Assembly: GCA_001275005.1 (NCBI GenBank) | Contig: JWZX01002910.1 | Location: 1 to 35,609, forward strand | Source: Chrysochromulina tobinii | Lineage: Eukaryota | DNA: 35,609 nucleotides | Direction: 5' to 3' | Shown: positions 30,304 to 35,609 of the stretch, piece by piece | Layout: the number at the start of each line of letters is the position of its first letter | Numbering within the stretch: the first letter of the stretch is position 1 | Position numbers and translations under genes: made by a program | Notes under the pieces: generated by a model | The model's input: the letters and a program-made list of their open reading frames with translations, nothing else | Told to the model about the DNA's origin: nothing | Databases searched by the model: none

Positions 30304-31401
30304 TCAATAATAAAGCCCAGCCGCTTTTGCCTTGGAGTACTCGTCAAACGTGAGCGGCTGAGTGCTTGCCTCCTCGACAAGGCTCTTGGGCGGCACGACG
30401 CTCGGCGGGTCCGGTCGGTTGGGATCAATGAGCTGCGCGATCCACTCGTACATCTTGACGTTGGACACCTCCGTCGTGTAAAAGGAGCTCTTGCTGCCCG
30501 TGTGCGTGTGCTGGCCTCCGGGCAGCATGAACACGGGGATCCCCTGGTCTGAGAGACGATGCAGCCCACCCTCGAGCTTATCGTAAATGGCCGGCAGCGC
30601 CGATGGGCAGCGCGTGCCCTTGGGCACCTCGCCAAAAGAGTAGAACATCGAGATCACGCTGTCGTGGATGGACGAGATCAGACCGATGGAGTCGCGCGGG
30701 TTCTGGGTCTTAAACCAGACCCACCCCGAGCTCATGTTGCCCGCGTCGCTGATGCACGGGCAGCCGGCGGGGAGCGCGTTGTTGAGGTCCCAGTCCCTGC
30801 GCCACGCAGCCTGCAGGCATGGTGCGAGAGCTTCGTCGTCGATCACTGGTCCGCTGTCGTCGATCATCACGCCGCGTGCCCTGGGCCAATGGCTTCGGAT
30901 GAAGGGGTAGTTAGCAAAGGCGCCAAAGCCGCCCGCCGACTCGCCGGTGACGACCACGTCGGTGAGCTCTGGCCAGGTGGCCTTGGCACGCTCCATGATG
31001 AGCGCGATGTTCGTTCGGCCAGAGAAGTGGTGCTTGACCCCAGCGACGGTGCTCTCGACGTCCCCGATGTGGACATCGCCGGTGCAATAAGGCACATTGA
31101 GCCAGATGTAGTCGCGCAGAGGATTGCGCTCGTCGTTGTTGTCAAATTCGCCGGTAGTCTGTGGCACGCCGGGGTGCGCACTGGATGACGCCGTCGCGCA
31201 CGTCACCTCGTTGAAGCAGGCACCGCCGCCATTGAGGTAGACTGCGAGCTTGGTCGCGTTCGACGCCGCGTAGCGAAGGTAAACGCCCGTCTGTAGGCCA
31301 CTCATGCACTTAGATCCTTCGATATCGACCCAGTGCCAACCCTTCGTGGTCGGGGTCGGGAACGGCGTTGCTGCCATGGACATGAGCGCCGCGAGCATCA
31401 T
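30304..31401 (-). CDS. Secreted pectinacetylesterase/Notum-family alpha/beta hydrolase
   Basis: SKCMSG, YLNGGGACFN, VPYCTGDVHIG, TGESAGGFG (GxSxG), IDDSG, D and H candidates (IHDSVI, GQHT). Confidence 0.85.
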   Translation of the reverse strand: MMLAALMSMAATPFPTPTTKGWHWVDIEGSKCMSGLQTGVYLRYAASNATKLAVYLNGGGACFNEVTCATASSSAHPGVPQTTGEFDNNDERNPLRDYIWLNVPYCTGDVHIGDVESTVAGVKHHFSGRTNIALIMERAKATWPELTDVVVTGESAGGFGAFANYPFIRSHWPRARGVMIDDSGPVIDDEALAPCLQAAWRRDWDLNNALPAGCPCISDAGNMSSGWVWFKTQNPRDSIGLISSIHDSVISMFYSFGEVPKGTRCPSALPAIYDKLEGGLHRLSDQGIPVFMLPGGQHTHTGSKSSFYTTEVSNVKMYEWIAQLIDPNRPDPPSVVPPKSLVEEASTQPLTFDEYSKAKAAGLYY

Positions 31402-31620
31402 CACAAGACGGCCGCGTTTTCAATCTTTTACTCACGCGAGCTCCTCGGCATCTCCGAGTTTTGTTGATCGGTTCTTTACTGTTAATTAAGCGATGCGCAT
31501 ACCAGCAAGTGAAAGTAAGCGAAAAATTTTGGAAAAAATGAGCGTCTCAGCTGCTCGAGTGAGGTGTTACATGTAATCACACTACAGCGTTAATGGGGTG
31601 AGGGACGGAGGTTTGAGTGT

Positions 31621-31680
31621 GCTTACTTCGTCTTACTTCGGCTTACTTCGGCTTACTTCGGCTTACTTCGGCTTACTTTC
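31621..31680. repeat. 10-nt tandem repeat (gcttacttcg) x6 with an inverted copy at 31511-31520
   Basis: Six units read directly; gaaagtaagc (31511) is the reverse complement of the last unit gcttactttc. Confidence 0.9.
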
Positions 31681-31913
31681 CCGCATCCCTGATTTCGCCA
31701 GCGCGCGGAAACCGTCACTCACGGATGCCATCGCGTGGGCGGAAGGTGGACTTGGACGGCAGTCCGGGCACGCTGGAGCGGCGTCTGAAGGACCGGAAGC
31801 GCAAGCAAGAGCAGCGCAGCCGTGCTGCGTCTGGGCGCTCTAATAAAGTTGGCAAGCCATCGAAGCAGCCCATTGCTGATCATCATAGCAAGGCAGCGGT
31901 TTCTGTGCTACTT

Positions 31914-32450
31914 TTAATTGCGTGTGCCGTCGACGAGGTTGCAGCCGGCATGAGCAGCAGCAAGCCGCCTTCCGCTGCCAAGCGCCAGAATCCGACGCGC
32001 ATACCTACGGGAGGCCTTCGACGCACACCCGGACAAAGGGGGCAGCGCTATTGCCTTCCAGAAGCTTGTCGCGCGATGCGCCGCGCGCCGCGCCTCGAGT
32101 CCCTGTTGCTGGCGCTCCTCCTCATCCGTTCCCTCATCCTCCTCCGACGTCTCGGCCGTCGAATCCTTGTGCACGATGACGATGCCCCGTTGATCCGTCC
32201 CGTATCTCCTGACGCCGGTGAAGCAGTCCCAGTCGACCGTGAAGCGGTTCCACGTAGGTCGGGCCCCTTTGCGGATCTTTCGCTTTCTTTCGGTATGGCT
32301 GGCGCCGGAGCGTTCCAGCGTCACGAACTTGCACTCCGGGTCGATCTCCGCGATCTCGTATAGTTCGTACCGATCGCTGTCCGGAAACTCCTTCCACATG
32401 GCCCACGGGAGCTTGACGCGGTATTCTTGAGTGAGGGCGGCGCTATCCAT
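31914..32450 (-). CDS. Hypothetical protein, possibly TE-derived
   Basis: ATG-initiated 178-aa ORF with protein-like composition in the first ~130 aa (aromatic/charged residues, acidic patch); no recognised motif. Confidence 0.4.
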   Translation of the reverse strand: MDSAALTQEYRVKLPWAMWKEFPDSDRYELYEIAEIDPECKFVTLERSGASHTERKRKIRKGARPTWNRFTVDWDCFTGVRRYGTDQRGIVIVHKDSTAETSEEDEGTDEEERQQQGLEARRAAHRATSFWKAIALPPLSGCASKASRRYARRILALGSGRRLAAAHAGCNLVDGTRN

Positions 32451-32544
32451 GCGTGCAGCCTCAGTGTACGCCTGCGCGCCGCGGCGCCTGAGGATGGCCG
32501 CCGCCGCCTCCGCGGCTCGCGGGGCGAATCAGAGAAAAAGTCCG

Positions 32545-32830
32545 GAGGCGTCGGCGAGGATGAGGGCGGCGGTGGCTAAGGCGACGGCGGAGAGAGCGCA
32601 GAGAGCGAGGGAGGCTGCGGTGAGGAGGGAGGGGTCGGCGGAGATGGCGAGGGGGGCGACGGGGACAGCAACGGCGGAGGCGACGACGAAGGGGACGGAG
32701 GTGCCGGGAGCGGGGACGGCAGGGACGGCGACGACGACGACGGCGGCGACGGCGACGAGGGCGGCGACGGCGGAGGCGGCCGCGGCGGGGGCGACGACGA
32801 CGGCGGCGGAGATAGGGAGGGGCATCGACA
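32545..32830. repeat. Purine-rich low-complexity tract (GGCGAC/GACG-type)
   Basis: Runs of ggcgacg/gacggcg; gives only low-complexity ORFs in all frames. Confidence 0.75.
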
Positions 32831-33341
32831 AAGAAAGTACAAACAACGGCAATAGAGGAAGTACAGGCACGCATGGCGCCGCTGGGAGCAACGACGAGCC
32901 GGCGCACGAAAACGACGGCGACGTCAGGGGGGACGGAGGCGGAGCAGATGAAACAAGGGCGGCGCAGCGCGCGACAGAGGGCGGCGGCTCGACAAGCGGC
33001 ATCAAAAAGCGCGGGCAACGAGGCGGGAGATCGGAGTACAAGAACAGAGGGTGACCAATGCGCGCAGGGAAGGCCAGCGGGGCATTCATGCAACTTTGGA
33101 CGCGGTACCAAGGTCGCGTGATCCGACATCTGAACACGCTCGCACGCGACGTGCCGGGGGCGAATTACAAAACACACGGGGAACGACAAGCCGCGGCGGC
33201 CGTGGCACGTCGGGCCGAACAACGCCACGCGAGGGAAAAGGCAAAACAACAGGCGGTAGATGAAATGCGACGGGAACTACAAGGCCCACAAGGCCGGACA
33301 ACGCAAGCGGAGCGACAAATACGGAGACAAGGCGACATGAA

Positions 33342-33478
33342 CTACCGGGGGACTGGTAGCGCTTGCGCAGCCAGGCTGATCCCAACGTGCTCCTTACTGC
33401 GGTGGCCGACGACTCGATACTACCGGGGGACTGGTAGCGCTTGGCCGCTTGCGGCTTGCGCAGCCAGGGCTGATCCCA
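33342..33478. repeat. Direct repeat pair (~43 nt), second copy with an internal insertion
   Basis: taccgggggactggtagcgcttg...cgcagccagg(g)ctgatccca at 33342 and 33421. Confidence 0.85.
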
Positions 33479-33621
33479 GCGTGCTCCACTACGAGACACA
33501 CGCGACGCCGACCGGCCCTTGGTTTCTAAAGACTAAACAAAACAAATGCTCGCAGGTTTTTCCTCCCCACTTCACTAAACATATCAAGGCAAGGACGGGC
33601 CGCGCCTAGCAATAGGTTCCC

Positions 33622-33684
33622 AGAGCCTAACTGTAACCGGGTAACCGGGCCTCGACAGCTCGACAGCTCGACAGCCAGGGCTCA
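33622..33684. repeat. Cluster of short tandem repeats (gtaaccgg x2, ctcgacag x3) bounded by imperfect inverted termini
   Basis: agagcctaactgt ... acagccagggctca. Confidence 0.55.
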
Positions 33685-33885
33685 AGCTCACAAAAGGACG
33701 CCGAGCCCTCGAGTCGAATGCCGGTGTGGTGCGGTTATAGATCGAATCATCATGTGCGCGGATCGGATAGCCAGGCGCTTCACGTGATAGAAATTCATGA
33801 ACGAACGTCACAACTGAAGTACAAGCTGTGCGAAAGCGGTGGTGACTTTCTCACTTTGCCCCGACGACGGCTCCAGATGCAACGA

Positions 33886-34962
33886 CTAGCTGTTTGGCGC
33901 CCACTGCTGCCAGACAACAGTGGAGACGTTCCACACGCCGCCCCACACCCAGAGCTGGTTTTGGCTGAGAGGGCGAGTCGCCGTCGTCTCATGCGCCCAT
34001 CGATGACGCTCGTAGCCGTGCCGACGCATGATAGCCGCGATTGAGGCGTTCGTTTGCAGATCGCCCACCTCGGGGTTCCACTCGACACACCAGACGCGCA
34101 CGGGGATGCGCCAGTCAAACGTCTGCAGCACACGGTATTCGGAGCCCTCCACGTCCAAGCTGAACAGGTCAATATGGCTCACTCCGACGGCGCGCAGCAG
34201 CTGACCGAGCGGTGCGGATGGTACCTCGAACTGCTGGCGTGGCCGACTGCGATTCGGGTGGAAGCGCTTGGCGAACGTGTCTGAGAATTGGGTCGGGTCA
34301 CCAAACGTCGAGACGTAGAGCCCGTCCTGGAAGGTGAGCCACGAGTGATTCATGGACACGGCCGTGCACAGCTTGATCGCACGCGGTCGGTTGCGGAAGA
34401 GGGTGCGGCACGCACGGGGGTTTGCCTCGAGGAGCACGCCCGACCAGCCAAGCTTGTCCTCAAAAGCAAACGTGTTGCTGAGGTATATTCCATCAAGCGC
34501 GCCCATTTCGACAAAGAAGCCATTGCGCTGGCCAACAAAGAACTGCTCATAGAGGGCGAGATCCTCGAAAAGCTGTGAGCGTGCACTCCGCCCGAAGATG
34601 CCGCGCCCGACAGGGTAATCATAAGGCTCCACATTGCCCATCGCTTGCGAGGAGGGGCGCTCGGGGTCGTGTGGAGTTGGAGTTTCGGCGTGCGACAGCA
34701 GAAGCCGAGAGGCGGCGCAATCTCTGGCTGCGTGCTTGCGACGTGTCACGCCGCGCTCCGCGCGCCGTACCAGGCGTTCACACAACACACCCTCGGGTAG
34801 CTCACTGAGCTCTTCCTCACTACGAGGGGATGACCTCCACACGGTTGACACAACAGAACAGGTCCCAGGGGTGGGCGGCGGCGCTCCCGCGCTGCTACCC
34901 ACATACCCCACTGCCCGCCCTGCTGGCCTGGCTCCGCCGGCGCCATGCTGTCCCGACTGCAT
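33886..34962 (-). CDS. FkbM-family SAM-dependent methyltransferase (start uncertain: ATG 34962 or 34641)
   Basis: SQLFED...FFVEMGALDGIYLSNT...GWSGVLLEANP...IDLFSLDVEGSEYRVL...VWCVE. Confidence 0.85.
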   Translation of the reverse strand: MQSGQHGAGGARPAGRAVGYVGSSAGAPPPTPGTCSVVSTVWRSSPRSEEELSELPEGVLCERLVRRAERGVTRRKHAARDCAASRLLLSHAETPTPHDPERPSSQAMGNVEPYDYPVGRGIFGRSARSQLFEDLALYEQFFVGQRNGFFVEMGALDGIYLSNTFAFEDKLGWSGVLLEANPRACRTLFRNRPRAIKLCTAVSMNHSWLTFQDGLYVSTFGDPTQFSDTFAKRFHPNRSRPRQQFEVPSAPLGQLLRAVGVSHIDLFSLDVEGSEYRVLQTFDWRIPVRVWCVEWNPEVGDLQTNASIAAIMRRHGYERHRWAHETTATRPLSQNQLWVWGGVWNVSTVVWQQWAPNS

Positions 34963-35609
34963 GTATCCCCCCTGACTTCCTCCGCCTCCCTCTCCTCTCC
35001 TCCCCTCCACTGCCAGCAGCGCGGGCGTCGTCGCCCACGCCCCTTACGTCTCGTCCTCCAAGTCCTCGAGCATGTCCGTAGACAGGTACTCGTCGAACCT
35101 GATGGCCGGCATCTCGTCCGGCATGAGGAGGAGCTCCTCGTCAGCGAATTTGATCCCCCGCTCGGTGTCCTCGAAGGACGTCGAGCCGATCACGCTCGCC
35201 AACTGCACCGCTGAGTGCATGTTGCACCTCGTGTACAGGATGTACACGTCGCTCGCCCAGCGCCCCGCCGCCCGGATCGCCGCCGGGCTCAGGCCGGCCG
35301 ACAGGGCTGCCGTCGCGCCTCCAATCCGCAGGGAGTGCGCCCCGAACTTGCGCGGGTCGAGCCCCAGACTCAGCATCAGGTGCTTGACTGTCCCGCGCAC
35401 CTGCTCCACGGTGAACGGCCGCTGGCCGCCCTGCCTGAACAGCGGCGTCGTCGCCCGCTGCGCCTCCGGCACCGGGTCGACGTCGAACAGGTGCCTGAGC
35501 GCACGCACCGGGTCGAGAAGGGTCCCCCCTCCGCCGAGCACCAGCGGGACCGTCTTGGTCGCGCCGGTGCGCTTCGCCGGCCGCATGCGGATCACGGCGT
35601 ACTCGGAGC
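34860..35609 (-). mobile_element. Partial tyrosine-recombinase mobile element (left boundary approximate)
   Basis: The HSLRIGGA...GRWxS..Y signature is typical of eukaryotic YR transposons; RT/gag and termini are not visible in the window. Confidence 0.6.
35044..35609 (-). CDS. 3' part of a tyrosine recombinase, DIRS/Ngaro/Crypton-type
   Basis: DPVRAL, PLFR, FGAHSLRIGGATAA (HxxR), GRWASDVYILY (W and catalytic Tyr); runs off the window. Confidence 0.9.
   Translation of the reverse strand, partial: SEYAVIRMRPAKRTGATKTVPLVLGGGGTLLDPVRALRHLFDVDPVPEAQRATTPLFRQGGQRPFTVEQVRGTVKHLMLSLGLDPRKFGAHSLRIGGATAALSAGLSPAAIRAAGRWASDVYILYTRCNMHSAVQLASVIGSTSFEDTERGIKFADEELLLMPDEMPAIRFDEYLSTDMLEDLEDET

Noticed and set aside
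32431..33249. Ala/Thr-, Arg- or Pro-rich ORFs
   Set aside because: Products of a low-complexity tract open in several frames; no frame can be supported

Overview
GC-rich eukaryotic nuclear DNA, probably from a haptophyte alga (inferred from GT-AG introns carrying CTGATNRCC-type motifs and from plastid-type genes with signal-peptide-like N-termini). About 15 genes, mostly in tight head-to-head pairs: three PHO84/PHT1-family phosphate transporters, RNA 3'-phosphate cyclase, a SET-MYND methyltransferase, an FAD oxidoreductase, a 1526-aa EF-hand/ZU5/FN3 protein, a 4-exon coiled-coil gene, a small zinc-knuckle protein, GH3 beta-glucosidase, fibrillin, an HCF107/Mbb1-like HAT protein, S10 carboxypeptidase and a pectinacetylesterase-like protein. 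The last ~4 kb is repeat-rich and holds an FkbM methyltransferase next to a tyrosine-recombinase element. Highlights: (1) all three introns of one gene begin with a copy of the start of the next exon, consistent with intron birth by duplication; (2) a recently duplicated phosphate transporter, missed by the ORF track, has gained a ~141-aa N-terminus of EF-hand-like Ca2+ loops; (3) the transporters lack the canonical proton-relay aspartates; (4) a hairpin-dense ~260-nt noncoding element sits upstream of the zinc-knuckle gene.
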